A stretch of DNA of 62,846 nucleotides, counting the filler, from Chiloscyllium plagiosum (taxonomy: Eukaryota): the NCBI RefSeq assembly GCF_004010195.1. It is 4 parts of one record of this genome, joined end to end, with 100 filler letters (N's around TTAATTAATTAA, not from the genome) between each part and the next. Parts side by side here need not be neighbours in the genome. Positions count along the whole stretch, not along the records: positions 1 to 9,118 come from NC_057712.1; positions 9,219 to 33,553 come from NC_057712.1; 2 more parts are not named here. One strand, given 5' to 3'. The translations under genes and the position numbers were made by a program. The notes under the pieces are model-generated. The model was given only the letters and a program-made list of their open reading frames with translations. It searched no databases and was not told where the DNA came from. Shown here in pieces: positions 1-12,159 of this stretch; within the stretch, counting starts at the first letter, position 1; the number at the start of each line of letters is the position of its first letter.

Positions 1-284
1 TCTCCAAAACAAGAACATTGAGTAGCTTACCTGTGGACTTTAAAGTTAGGTTAGAGGAGGAGGTTGGGAGGGAGGCCCTACTATGTAGGGCCTGGGGTCT
101 AGAACACACCCACTCAAATATCAATCACTTACCTTCCCGACTAGCTCTGCGCTCCAACTTCACTTCCGCCCAGCTCGCGCCACTCTCTGCTGTGATCTTT
201 CATCTTATTACAGACTTTTGTCTTGTCCCCGTCTTACCCATTCTTTGCACAAAACTTGTTACTGTCAGCAACTCTATCCAGTTC

Positions 285-405
285 TAATAAAAGGTCCACA
301 GATCTGAAAGGTTAACTTTGTTTCACTCTCTGACAGATGCTGTATGGTCTGCTGATTTCTTTCAGTATCTTCTGGTTTTCAGCATCTGTGGTATTCTGCC
401 TTTCA
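285..405 (+). mobile_element. Decayed Penelope-like terminal fragment (old family)
   Basis: ggttaactttgtttcactctctgacagatgctg...cagcatctg resembles copies at 20980-21090, 24612-24700 and 59641-59807. Confidence 0.5.
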
Positions 406-690
406 ATTATGACTCAGGAGAGGCTTGACCAAGTTTGTTCTCCTGACTGACAAGCGTAAAACACAAGAATAGTCTCAGATTAAGGGGCTAGTCATCTGAG
501 ACTAGGAGAATATCTTCACTCAGTCTTTTTAATTCTTTGTCTGGGAGGGTTGTGGGTGTGCCATTGTTGAGTATTAAGCCTGTCAGGAAGGTTGTGGGGA
601 AGAGTTGAGACCAATGATCAGCTATGATCATAACCAGTGGCAAAGTAAGTTTTGAGGCCATGTGGTCTGCTCCTACTTCAATTCTTACAC
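405..690 (+). mobile_element. CR1 LINE 3' fragment (old)
   Basis: Decayed MFPL..RTRGHSLKI..RRNFFTQRVV coding tail and CR1 3'UTR (gatcagctatgatc...ctgctcctacttc). Confidence 0.75.
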
Positions 691-1884
691 ACTGAAATGA
701 GAAGCATTTTGTTTTATACATCACTGTGCTCAGTTTTCTGCAAACAGTGATTTTAATAATTGACAATGAGGAATTCAAGCTATACTTTATTTGTCTTAAC
801 TGAACTTTTTGTTAAGAAACAGTGAAATATATCTCCAATTACAGTGTGTTTTCTAGTTCTGTGTTGATAAAATAGTGGCAAGATAGTATGTTAAAGTTAA
901 ATATCTTTCATCTTTTGGAGTAATGAATGTTGTGTAACAGCTGAGATGCTCAAAAGATATTTTGCTGTTTTGGTTGGTTTAGAAAAGATCCATGTTTATT
1001 TTATGAATATTATAGGTTCAGAAATGTTGTGTATTTCTGTAGATAGGGCATTAATTTCTGCTACTCAGATGGTAGTGTGATGGGCTGTTAGATTTACACA
1101 GGACTGTGACAGAAATGGATGTGGATTCACACCGAGTTGTTCTGAAATATTTTATCATGAACAATAAATTCAGGAAGTTTTAGTGTAACTCCTGAGAACG
1201 GGTTATTATCCAGAGCTTATTACGGTTCATTCACAAAATGGCCCTCATTCGTGCACAGACTGGGCCATAATGTTAATGATTGCAACAGGTCACCGACACA
1301 TCTGTGCATGTATCCACTGACATAGACACAAGCAGAGGTCTGGCATGATCAAAAATATTGCTGTCCTTCCCCAATGGCATTTCTTCAGCTGCTGTTCCTT
1401 CTCTGTGCTCACTTTGTGTCCAGCCCTGATCGTCTTCCATGCTGCGCTGTCTGGAGACAGGAGGTTGAGCCTGCCTGATACAATATCCCTGGAACTAGGC
1501 TTTAGGGAACCTTTGTAAAAGAGACCCACAGCCACCAATCTCTGTGCTCCATTACCCAGATTTAGAAATGTCCCCACCCCGCGTCAGTGATCAGACACCC
1601 TCCACGCTCCCAGAACCAGCTGTGGGCTCCTTACTGGTAGAGGTGGCCAGCTTTGGAAGGCTCTCCTCCTGACTGAAAGCCAATAGGAAAGGCATGCTGA
1701 GCTGTTTGGAATGAAGGCCACTGTGACAGCTTCTGGTGTGTGCAGTTGCTTTCAGTGACAGGTGTTCCATTGAGGAAGATGAATGCAATAAATTTTATGA
1801 TTGATTTTCCTTTGCCCAACCAAAAGGAAATATTTCTAATGGTCATGGATCAATTTGATTTGTTTCAATGGCATAAGACTGCAA

Positions 1885-2130
1885 GATGTAGGAGTAGTAC
1901 TACTCAGTCCTTGAGTCTGCTCTGTCATTCAATGAGGTCATGTCTGATCTACTAACTCTCAACTCCACTTTCCTACTAGTTCCCATAATCCCTGATTCCC
2001 TTAGTGATTAAAAATCTGCCTGCCTCAGATTTGAATGTACTTAATGACCCAGCTTTGACAGCCTTCTGCAGGAAAGGATTTCATAGATTTACCACTTTCT
2101 TAGAGAAGAAATTCCTCCTCATCTCATAAG
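1885..2130 (-). mobile_element. CR1 LINE 3' fragment
   Basis: Reverse-orientation CR1 3'UTR and ...gaagaaattcctcctcatctc. Confidence 0.75.
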
Positions 2131-2217
2131 AAAACTCCTTTACTTTTGGATAAAAATTAAGATTTAGGTAAGTGAAGGAAGCCGTAAGAACCCTGTATGA
2201 TAGACAAATTTACAGTA

Positions 2218-2435
2218 CAAGTAGTTCTTCTACAGCACGATGGTTGCCTTCTTATGCAACCCCACATTGTAGAAACATCACATTTTAGAAACAGCGCTTC
2301 AAGTGTTGGTAATGTAATCATCTTACAGCCAGCACACATTTAAAAGTTCACACTTTAGAAACAGTCTCCCCAATTCGTCAATTGCGTTACAGTGAATTTA
2401 TGTTAACGAAACACATGTTATAGCAGAACGACCTA
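2218..2435. mobile_element. Tc1/mariner-pogo (Tigger-like) MITE
   Basis: Imperfect 22-bp TIRs (caagtagttcttctacagcacg vs reverse complement taggtcgttctgctataacatg, 15/22) with TA on both sides (2216-17, 2436-37). Confidence 0.65.
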
Positions 2436-3041
2436 TACAATGATCGTATTCCATCAGACTTCACTGTGTATTGAATTGAAATTAGAACAATTAAATTTCA
2501 ACTTCATTTGGAAAGAGTGTTTGGGACATTAGAGGGTGGGATAGGAAGAGCTGACAAAGCAAGTGTCGCATTTCCAGCCTCATCTTGAAAACCTGACAAA
2601 TTAAAGCAAAAAAGTATTGGGGGTTACAGAAGAGAGAGCCAATGTGACACAGGAAATGGCCCCTTCAGAATTCTGAAAAAGGAAATAAGGGGAAACTGTG
2701 TTTGGTGCTGGCTACGGTCTGATCGTCAATGGGTTGCAGGTTGCTAAGTGATCCCAGGTCAAAAGCTTCAGAAAAGGTCGTCAATTTACCCATTTATGTC
2801 ATCTACTAAAAAGGGCAGAACGCTGCAGTTGAGGTAACACTGCAGGAAGAGGTCAGAATCTGGTTGTAATGTTCAGAAAGCTATTTGTCTGCATTGGAAA
2901 TTGTGTGCTCAGTGAAACAGTAAATGGGGATGGAATATAAAAAAACAAAAGTCACTCTATTTCAGTAACATATATGTCTATTATTAAAATAAATCAGTAA
3001 AATATTAATATTTTTGATAAACTCTTCTAATTTATTTGCAG

Positions 3042-3160
3042 TTAACGATGAGGAAAGAGAGCCACTTCCCTCATTAGAACAACCTGGCTGGTACTCACAA
3101 GGTAACTGGAGCCATCTTAATGACCTACTGAAAAAGATAACTGGAAAATCAGACCCAAAG
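3042..3160 (+). CDS. NT5DC1: Internal coding exon of 5'-nucleotidase domain-containing protein 1
   Basis: Acceptor tttatttgcag|, donor AAG|gtacgc, 119 nt (phase 1 to 0). Translates (x)NDEEREPLPSLEQPGWYSQGNWSHLNDLLKKITGKSDPK, closely matching the vertebrate NT5DC1 segment I recall (NDEEQEALPSLDKPGWYSQGNAVHLYELLKKMTGKPEPK). Absent from the ORF track. Confidence 0.9.
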
Positions 3161-4299
3161 GTACGCTGAGTATATAACAACTGAATTAGACTAATAACAG
3201 TAAAATATTCACTGCAGCCACTTTTACTTCCAGATTTTCTTTAACCATTTCCAAGATATTACTCCAGGAGATAAAACTAAAAGGTATTTAGAAAGAATAG
3301 AAGTTGGCTCTTCCTTATTGTAGATTTGCTCTAAAACTGTTAAAGACTGTAGAAAAACCTGGATATTATTGTAATATGATTTACAGTTCTGCTAATTCTC
3401 AATATCTGTCATCAAATGCATGAATTTATTTTAATTTTTGTTCCATCCTACTTATTCTGACATATTTGTGGTTACTTATAAATAATTTGGCGTTGTGTCT
3501 TCAAGCAGTTTTAAAAGAGATGTGCAAGTCAATTTTAATTTCTGTTGCTTGCTGACCTATTTAAAATGCCCAAACCTGCTAAATGCAGGCAAATTTGATG
3601 AGAGCAGCAATTGAAAGCATCAACTGTTGTTAAACCATCAGAGGATTCCAACACTGGTGTTTAGGTACCTGATCCCATCTAAATCTAATCTGACACAGGT
3701 TACTTCCACAGATTGTTGGGTTGCTCCAATAACAATAAAGTAATCATTTGTTATTTGGGTGGTGGACAAGGTAATTATAGGGGAAAGGGACGAAAGGAGA
3801 AAGACTTGTACCCGTGGCTCATTGTCATGATTAATTCATTCATTCTTAGCTGTGGTATGCCTCAAGGTAATGACTGTTATCAGTACTTACACTGAATATT
3901 TGTCTTGGTTATAATCATCATCGATAAAGCAATATTTGTTTATCTCACTTGACCACTTTAGTGGTGATGTTTTTGGGACAATGCCTGGTCAGATTGAGTT
4001 TTGACATGCGTTAAATAAATGAGTATTATCAAAGGTTTTAATTGCTGTGTAAACTTCAATTTGTCGTAAACAAGGTTTGCAATCCAGCCAGAAGTTCCTA
4101 TTGCAACTGTATGAATCAGACTGCTTGATACAATGAGTGATTTTGTGCATTGGCATTGCAGCATCTATCCACAGCTATTAGATATATGTCTGTTCTTCAG
4201 TTAAAATTGCTTAGTCCTAGCTGTCCTGAAAAACATGGGTCTTCTCCTTAAACCACAAACATCCTTATAGTGATTGGGTTTTTTCAGTGGTATTAGGAG

Positions 4300-5600
4300 G
4301 GAATTTCAGGATTGGGTATGACTTGAAGGGTATCTTTGAACTTGGCATTCCTACAGCATTGCTGCTTTTGGGAGAAGTCACAAGAGTGGGGTGCTGTTGA
4401 TATAATTTTGGTGAGTTGCTAAGATGAATACAACAGTTAGTGAACCTCAGGTGCACCTATGAAGAAGGGACGCTGATTCTGATGGAAGAAAGAGTTTTCA
4501 ATTGAAAGGTGTTGAGGTTTGTGGCTTTGTCCATTTATGTGAGTGTTGTCAATTCTGTCATATTTTGATTTAAGCTTGTAAATAGTGAGGAGGCTTTGAA
4601 GGATCGGGTGATGAGCTACTCATCTCAGAATATCCATCATATATTCTCATAGCTGTAGTGTTAAACTGGTCTGGTTCAACTTACTAGTCAATAGTGATTC
4701 CTAAATAGTCAATGATGGAAGCCTGAACAGTGGTGCTGCTACTCAAGAGGGGAATTCTACCTCCCAAGTGGAGTTAAATACAGCGTTGTTATTTCAGCTT
4801 GCTTTCTATCCATCAGCATATTATATCTAGAGATTTCATTGATATTCCATCTTATTCAGATCAGGAGTCTTTGAATTCTTGCATATCTACTTAATAGCAT
4901 TTGGATATAAGAAGAGGCCTGTTAAGGTTGATGTTTGTTATACCTGTGGTGCTCAGCAAAAGCAGAATGCAGCTCTGGGCACTATGTGAATGATGTGGAT
5001 CTCTGCCACCCAGACTTCTCCTCTTTCAGCAATCATAACCTTTTCTAATCCCAGGGTTTACCTTCTCCCCAGCTAACAAGCTGCAGTGAATGCCTGTTTG
5101 ACACAAGCTGCTACCCCAAGACCTGTGCATCTGAGTCTGTGTGTAACAACAGTTTCTGCTATGGCATTCACAGGTTGTCATAAGCTGCTTCATTACGAGA
5201 AGAGCACTAGAGTGAGCACTGGCATGATTAGCACACAGCCTTATTTCTGACCATATAATGTGGAAAAGCTCACCAGTGAAGCAGTTAAAGAATATTAGAC
5301 TGAGGACACTCCCTGAGGAACTAATGCACTAGTGTCTTGAACTGTGTCGACTGGCCTGTGACAGACATGATCATCTTCTTCTGCGTAATGTATGACTAGT
5401 CACTGGAGGGCTTTCCCAGAGATTCACTGAGCAGCTCAGTTTTCCTCAGGCTCTATTATGCCATACTTAGTTGAAAGTTAGTTTGATAATTAGGGCAGCT
5501 AAGTTCATCTCTCCACTGATATACAACTTTTGTTTCATCACTTGACAAGTCTAGAATAATGCCTGGAACCAAGTTCTGGCTGAATCTAAACTGAGGGTAG
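4300..5600 (-). mobile_element. Highly decayed fragments of a second CR1/L2-group LINE family
   Basis: Patchy similarity to the better-preserved reverse copy at 21240-22240. Confidence 0.4.
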
Positions 5601-5791
5601 AATGTCAATAGACCTGGTAGCAGGCCAGGAATAGAAGGGGATTTTAATTAGGTAGCGTGATACCAGATGAGAGCTCCACTACCTCCTCGCCTTCTCAATT
5701 CATGACCACTTATGGGTTTCATCCCTCTAGAGTTGCAATTATTGTTGCGCCAGGCAGGAGGACAAACAGTCAGCCTAACCAACTGGTGAAC

Positions 5792-6037
5792 TGAAAATGT
5801 GTTGCTGGAAAAGCGCAGCAAGTCAGGCAACATCCAAGGAGCAGGAGAATCGACGTTTCGGGCAACGCCCCTCCCCCAAGTCCCTCCTCCCTACCTTTTA
5901 TCTTAGCCTGCTGGACACACTTTTCTCATTCCTGAAGAAGGGCTCATGCCCGAAACGTCGGTTCTTCTGCTCCTTGGATGCTGCCTGACCTGCTGATCTT
6001 TTTCAACTCTGATCTCCAGCATCTGCAGTCCTCACTT
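5792..6037 (+). mobile_element. Short fold-back Penelope-like insertion (family A) with hammerhead core
   Basis: Inverted arms; 16-bp TSD taaccaactggtgaac at 5776-5791 and 6038-6053; CTGAAGA-a-gggc-tcat-gccc-GAAACGTC at 5932-5959. Confidence 0.85.
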
Positions 6038-6164
6038 TAACCAACTGGTGAACCAATGAGATGAGACCAAAGTGCTGAGGAGGCCACCCTGAGATCCAAC
6101 CTTTCCTTCTGACAGTCCCTTGCCATGATCTCCACTCAACGAGATGCTAGCCCCAAAGACTTCT

Positions 6165-7117
6165 TGATTTGGAGATGCCGCTGTTGGACTGGGGTATACA
6201 AAGTTTAAAAATCACACAACACCAGGTTACAGCAGAGGCTGATATCTAAGTTCTGTACCCATAGGGAGAGCTTCAACTGGGACCATGGCTTCATTTCACA
6301 CAACAGGTGACCACCATTGCACTATACACATACGCAGACATAAATACACAGGCACTCCTACACACACACAGACACATGTATATACAGATATGCTCCTACA
6401 CTCACACACACATCCTCTCACAGACTTAGACCACTTTACACTCACGCACACACACACAGATACACTCTGTCTCACAGACACTCACAATCCCCTACCCCAG
6501 ACACAAGCACACTCCTTCAGACACACACACTTTCACACACGCATGCATCCCCTCACAGACTTAGACACTTTACACTCACATATACACATATATACACTTT
6601 CACAGTCACAACACCCATCCCAGACAGACAGACACACACACACACACACACACGTACGCAAAAGCATATACATTTGTGGGGTGAATTTGTACTTGCAGAG
6701 TTACATTGTACTTTGCTGAAAAAACTGTATGAATCCATGTAAGACTCTGTTAACTCACTTTTTAGATTAGAATCAGTCTAAACATTATGGCACAGACAGG
6801 GAACACAGCAGGCTAACATCTGGCTGACACCAATTGTTACAGTTAACCTGAGAATGTAACTTTTAAAAAATGTTTTGTGATTTACATATGAAAGAAATGG
6901 AACCATCATGGTCATTCCAATAGATGAGAGACTCACCAAACAATCAAGGTATTTTTCAATGTATAATTTCAGTTACATCACACTGTAAACTTTTGCTATA
7001 AATTCTGTATCTTGCAATTGTGTACTCCACAACCACCTGATGAAGGAGCCGCGCTCCGAAAGCTAGTGCTTCCAATTAAACCTGTCAGACTACAACCTGG
7101 TGTTGTGTGATTTTTAA
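6165..7117 (+). mobile_element. Penelope-like element (family B) with inverted ends, CA-rich interior and hammerhead core
   Basis: aaaaatcacacaacaccaggtt inverted to aacctggtgttgtgtgattttt; 12-bp TSD ccaaagacttct at 6153-6164 and 7118-7129; CA-rich 6310-6660; hammerhead motif 7034-7068. Confidence 0.8.
7034..7068 (+). ncRNA. Minimal type I hammerhead ribozyme motif
   Basis: cac-CTGATGA-a-ggagc-cgc-gctcc-GAAA-gct-a-gtg: core, 5-bp stem II, palindromic AGCT stem III, 3-bp stem I (cac/gtg). Confidence 0.65.
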
Positions 7118-8269
7118 CCAAAGACTTCTAACATTTTCCGTGGGTGACTCTCCTTCTGCGAGTCTAGGGTTGTTATACCAGCAGCAGGAGTAGGCCTGTG
7201 CCATGGTACTCTCATGGTCTGCAGCCTTTGATTGACTGGCAGCTCTTGGCTGTTCGTCCTGGGTCCTAATTTTGGTGTAATGTTTGCCAGCAACTTGCCT
7301 AATTGTCAGACAATCTGGCTGACTTCCCCATCGTCATTAGTTACAGTTTCTCTCCTCTAAGCTGTCCCACTTTCAGACCAAATACAACAACAGGAATATC
7401 TAATCGTCAGTGAGAGGTTATTCATACGTGGTATTCCATGAAGCTGTTTATCCCTATTCGACACTTCAGTGATTATTGGAAAGATGTTGATAATAATTGA
7501 CAGGAGAAACAGAAAATTCTGGAACTTAACTAAGAAAAAGGTCACAACTACAGCCAGAATGCATAGGGACTCTTTGAGTCCTTGTTCTAATTAATCTGGG
7601 CTAGATGCCTTCCTATACTACTGACATCTAGTATGTGACTGTACTTCATTTGCACTGTTTATAATGTGTGCAAGAGCCAGTTTCCTATATATGCCTTCAC
7701 ATCAGCTTCATTACCCAGAGCTACATAGAGCGCTGCATACCTTCTCCCTCCCACATAATTTTAATTCAAAATGCCAAAAATCTCATCCTCGATTTCTATC
7801 CAATTATATAAAGTAGTTCATAATGGACTTACAAAACACTAACAGAGCTCATATTATTTTTAATTTAACCCATACAGACTCTGTCTGAGTATATATTATT
7901 TAATAACTTGCCCTTCAACAGCTGCAATTAGGATCAGCAATGCTCCTGGTAGCTTGACCAGAGAGAAAGTGACTAAGATCTACACATGCTGCACATCACC
8001 CCTGGCCTTGAGTTTGATTTTCAGTTCATTTAGAGCTGAACTTTCATCACATCCAAACAATTTCAATAATGATAGAAAGAATAAGACTAGGAGACCATCT
8101 TGTCTTAGCTCTGATCTCTCTAATACTCAGCAACTTAGAAATTGGAATCAATATTGATCATCGTCTATGCCACCTGAGTAGCTTGTATGATGTTCCAAGT
8201 CTCAATCTTATCTTGGGCTCTTGTGAAAGTAATCACATCCTTTCTATTAAATGGGGAGGCAATGGCCTA

Positions 8270-8610
8270 GTAATAGATCTAACAACTCAAGACTGGGCAT
8301 CTATGACATGCTCTGGGCCATCAACAGCAGCAGAACTGTACTCCAACACAATCTGTGACTTCATGTCCCAGCATATGCCCCACTCAACCATTACCATCAC
8401 ACAAGAGGATGAGTCCTGGTTCAATGGAGAGTGCGAGAGGGCATGCAAAGAGCAGCACCAGGCATACCTACAAATGAGGTGTCAACCTGGACTAAACAGG
8501 ACTACTTGCATACCAAACAGCAGAAATAGCAGTTGATAGAGCTAAGCAATTCTACAACCACGGATCAGATCTAAACTCTGTAGTCCTGCCACATCCAATC
8601 ATGAATGGTG
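8270..8610 (+). mobile_element. LINE ORF2 fragment (CR1/L2 group)
   Basis: ORF 8069-8536 contains DLTTQDW...AAELYSNTICDFMSQHMPH...SWFNGECERACKEQHQAY, typical of the EN-RT linker. Confidence 0.65.
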
Positions 8611-8989
8611 AACTGTCAACATATAATTCTGCAGGTTAAAACACTCACTCCTTATAAAGCTCCCTCTACACACCCATGCAGATAGGCACAAAATGATCGA
8701 TGTTAAGGGTAGAGGGAAAAATGAAAAAGTAGTTCACTGGTACTTGTCTGCAAAGGTCACTGAGAGAATTCTTTTCATTTGCGTGGACTTGCCGCTTCTC
8801 AGTGTCTCTTGTCTTCGTGCTTTAACTTGCTTGCAGGAGGCACAGAGCAACCATAGATGGTGTTCTGTTTAATTTGAAGACAGGACTTTGTCTCCACAAA
8901 GACTGGTGTGATCACTGCCACTAATACTGTCAAGGACAGACCCACCTGCAGCAGTCAGGTGAGTGAGAATGAGGTCAAGTACGTCCTCC

Positions 8990-9118
8990 TACTGCCCCCT
9001 TGACCATGACCCCACCCCCCACCACCAAACCATCATCTCCCAGACCGTCCATAACCTCATCACCTCGGGGGATCTCCCATCCACCGCCTCCAACCTCATA
9101 GTCCCACAACCCCGCACC
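8990..9118 (+). mobile_element. Penelope-like ORF fragment (young), cut by contig end
   Basis: SSYCPLDHDPTPHHQTIISQTVHNLITSGDLPSTASNLIVPQPRT, the region just N-terminal to PLE RT. Confidence 0.75.
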
Positions 9119-9218
9119 NNNNNNNNNNNNNNNNNNNNNNNNNNNNNNNNNNNNNNNNNNNNTTAATTAATTAANNNNNNNNNNNNNNNNNNNNNNNNNN
9201 NNNNNNNNNNNNNNNNNN
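9119..9218. other. Artificial contig spacer
   Basis: 44N + TTAATTAATTAA + 44N. Confidence 0.97.
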
Positions 9219-9724
9219 GACCTCCTTGTGGGTCTGCTCCTGGGCCTGGCCAAACTGGCCATTAACAGGACGATGCAGCGGGCCGTGGAGGGGATCGTTA
9301 GGGCTGACTGCCTGCCCCTCTTCCGCGGTTACGTTAGAGCCCGGGTGTCCTTGGAGAAGGAGCACGCGGTGTCCACCAACACCCTGGAGTTGTTCAGGGA
9401 GAGGTGGCCACTGCAGGGAGTGGAGTGCATCATTTCTCCCTCTAACTCTATTTTGATTTAATCCCTGCCCCCACCCCTTCACTGTTTGATCACACAGCAT
9501 TGCCCTTTGATGTGAAGGGCACTGCTTATCATTGGTCACTTGGGTATTTTCTTTCTTCCTGGTGGTGGAAATTGAATAAAGATTTGTACACCTTATGTCT
9601 TACACTGTGTCTTACACTGCACACACACACACAACACGGGTGCTGGGGAAAAATAAATACTACCGCAGTGAGGCGGGAGTGTTAGGAAAAAGAAAAAAGA
9701 AGAAAAAAAACGGAGAAAAAAAAG
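9219..9724 (+). mobile_element. Tx1-like (L1 clade) retrotransposon 3' end
   Basis: Open ORF2 C-terminus GLLLGLAKLAINRT...LPLFRGYVRARVSLEKEHAVS...FRERW, stop at 9461, 3'UTR with AATAAA, A-rich tail 9686-9724. Confidence 0.75.
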
Positions 9725-9852
9725 AACAGGGATGTCCAAGGATCTGTTCACTTTGACAGCCAGCTCTAAGGGAGCTGGAACAGTGTCAAGGACTCTCCAC
9801 ATGTAAATAAAGGGTGATGGTGATGGGATACAGTCTCCGTGGAGTCATTTCA
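9724..9852 (+). mobile_element. 3' half of an LTR
   Basis: aataaagggtgatggtgatgggatac...gtggagtcatttCA; related to the reverse LTR at 26278-26871. Confidence 0.55.
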
Positions 9853-9854
9853 CC

Positions 9855-10215
9855 TGATAGAAGACTTCTGAAACAAGCTCTCCGAGCAAATGGTTACTGG
9901 GAGGGCACAGGAAACACATCAAAAACACATTCAAAGCCTGTCTGAGAAAATGAAATATCATGGAAATCTTGTGTTTAAGAGCACTCAAACTGAAGAAGAA
10001 GCATCTAGGAAGGTGCCATCCATCTCCAATATCTTTGACAGGTCCAGGTGAAGACCAAGCCAAAATAGTAGCAGACGCATATGGTAACCCAAGCATCCCA
10101 TCTCATTCCCTACCTGTGGCAGCGTGTGCGGATCCAGCACTGGACTGTTTAGTCACCTCAGGACCACAACACCCGACTGAAAGAAAGTCATCCTTGGTGC
10201 CATGGTTCTGCCCAG
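9855..10215 (+). mobile_element. RTE LINE 3' fragment
   Basis: Decayed GGxRKxxKxTxKAxL motif (gagggcacaggaaacacatcaaaaacacattcaaagcctgtctg). Confidence 0.5.
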
Positions 10216-11184
10216 GAAGTGTTAACTTGTTTGGTTTCTAAGTGTACTAAAGCATAACATCTATGCCTTTCTCAAAAACATTACTTTGAACTGCCAATAA
10301 TAACAACATATACACTGCAAAGAAAACATGAAATTAAAATTAGAATAGATTTGTGGAAAGTTTTAGCAGGAATGCAGGACTTTCCTCTGCTGATCACCAA
10401 TAGATATCACATAAATACACTCACCAACATTTGTAAAAGCTTTCTTCTACTTCCTATAATTTTTTTGTTCACAGTATTTTGTTACTCAACAGTTCCAATC
10501 AGAAAGAGAATCCAGCTATCAGTCCACTCTAAAGGTGTAAAAGAGAAACAAGTCATTTTAAAACAAAAGAAAATTCACAGAGAACCTCATCCTCATTTAA
10601 GTCAATCACTAAATTATTTTACTGCCAACCAGCCATTTGAGAATGCCCTGCAGTCATAAGTTGAAAAGTGACCATAATTGAATGATGGGGTTGATCGCTT
10701 TTACCTCATCAAAGTTGAAAGTCTTTTAAATTTAGCCTGTGGCTAGATAAGCTGTCTTGTGCCAGATAACAAGCGGGCCACTGTCTGGTTTTCATCAGAA
10801 ATCTGTTATTGTTTAATAATGTCTATTTTTGTATAAGCAGGTAATTGTCTGCCCAAACAGTAATAAAGTTCCTGGCGTTTGATTAGTTGTGAAGTGGGGA
10901 ATCATCAGCTTTTGAGGAACTGCTATTTTACTTGCTTGTGAAAAGATGGGAAAAATCTATTTTCCAAAATGCAAATCAAAACAATCTTAGTTATGTGGGT
11001 TTCAAAGAATATTCACAAACCCTCTGCATGGTTAGGAAGCTCCAACTAAATTACTGTCATAATCACAGAGAATTGGATATTATGCACCAATTCACAGGTA
11101 TAGTGAGACTGTGCAAGAAGGAAAATGCTAGTAATCAAGACCCACCACACCACCAGTTGCAGTAACATTATAAATGTTTTGATT

Positions 11185-12150
11185 ACATAGAAACATAGAA
11201 GACAGGAGCAGGAGTAGGCAATTCAACCCCTCCAACCTGCTCTATGATTCAGTACGGTCAATACCCTAATCCCACTCTCCCTCTATATTGCATTAGCTAC
11301 ATTGCGACATTGCCTTCTTCTCGAAAACACATCATGCTTTAGCCTCAACCACTTTCTGTGGTAGTGAATTCTACAGGCTCACCCTTCTCTGGATGAAGAA
11401 ATTTCTCCTTATCTTAGTCCTAAAAGATTTACCTCTTATCTTTAAAATATGACCCCTGATTCTGGGATATTTCATTGTTCCTGCATCTAACCCATCTCGT
11501 CCTGTTAGAATTTTACAGTTCTCTATGGGAGCCGCTCTCATTCTTTTATACTCCAGTGAATACAATCTGAACTGACTCAATTTCTCCTTATACATCAGTC
11601 CTGTCAACCCAGGAATCACTTTGGTAAACCTCCGCTGCTCTCCCTCTATAACAAGAACATTCTTCCTCGTTAAGAAGGTCAAAACTGCATTCAATATTCC
11701 AGGTGTGGCCTCACCAAAGACCAGTATAATTGCAGCAAGACATCCTTGTTCAAGTACTCAAATCCTCTTGCTATGAAAGCCAACATACCATTTGCCTTCT
11801 TTATTGCCTGCTGTCCCTATGCAATTACTGTCAGCAACTGGTCCATGAGGGCCTCCAGGTGTCATTGAACATTCCCCTCTCTCAAATTATGACCATTCAA
11901 ATAATAATCTACCTTGCTGTTTTTGTTATCAAAATGGATAACCTCATGTTTATCCACATTATACTGCATCTGCCATGTACTTGCACACTAACTGTCCACA
12001 TCACTGCAACATTTCTGCATCCTCCTCGTAGCTCATTCTTCCATCCAAATTTTGAGATTTAGTACCCTCATCTAAATATTATGAATAGTGGGGATCCTAG
12101 TACAAATCTCTGCAGTACCCCACTCATCACTGCCTGCTATTCAGAAGAAG
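11185..12150 (-). mobile_element. CR1 LINE 3' part
   Basis: ORF 11371-11694 QRRFTKVIPGL...LYSLE..RMR...RGHILKIRG..RRNFFIQR; short tandem tail at 11185. Confidence 0.9.
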
Positions 12151-12159
12151 ACCCACTTA

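Noticed and set aside
6285..6719. His/Thr-rich 144-aa ORF
   Set aside because: Translation of CA-rich microsatellite inside a Penelope-like element.
7414..7500. VIHTWYSMKLFIPIRHFSDYWKDV as the next NT5DC1 exon
   Set aside because: Only superficial similarity; lacks GD, has no good acceptor and hits a stop within a few codons.
9163..9174. TTAATTAATTAA as a biological motif
   Set aside because: Centred in identical N runs three times; it is an assembly linker.
9725..9760. U2 snRNA target (Keno-type Tx1)
   Set aside because: Downstream flank is LTR-like and does not match U2.
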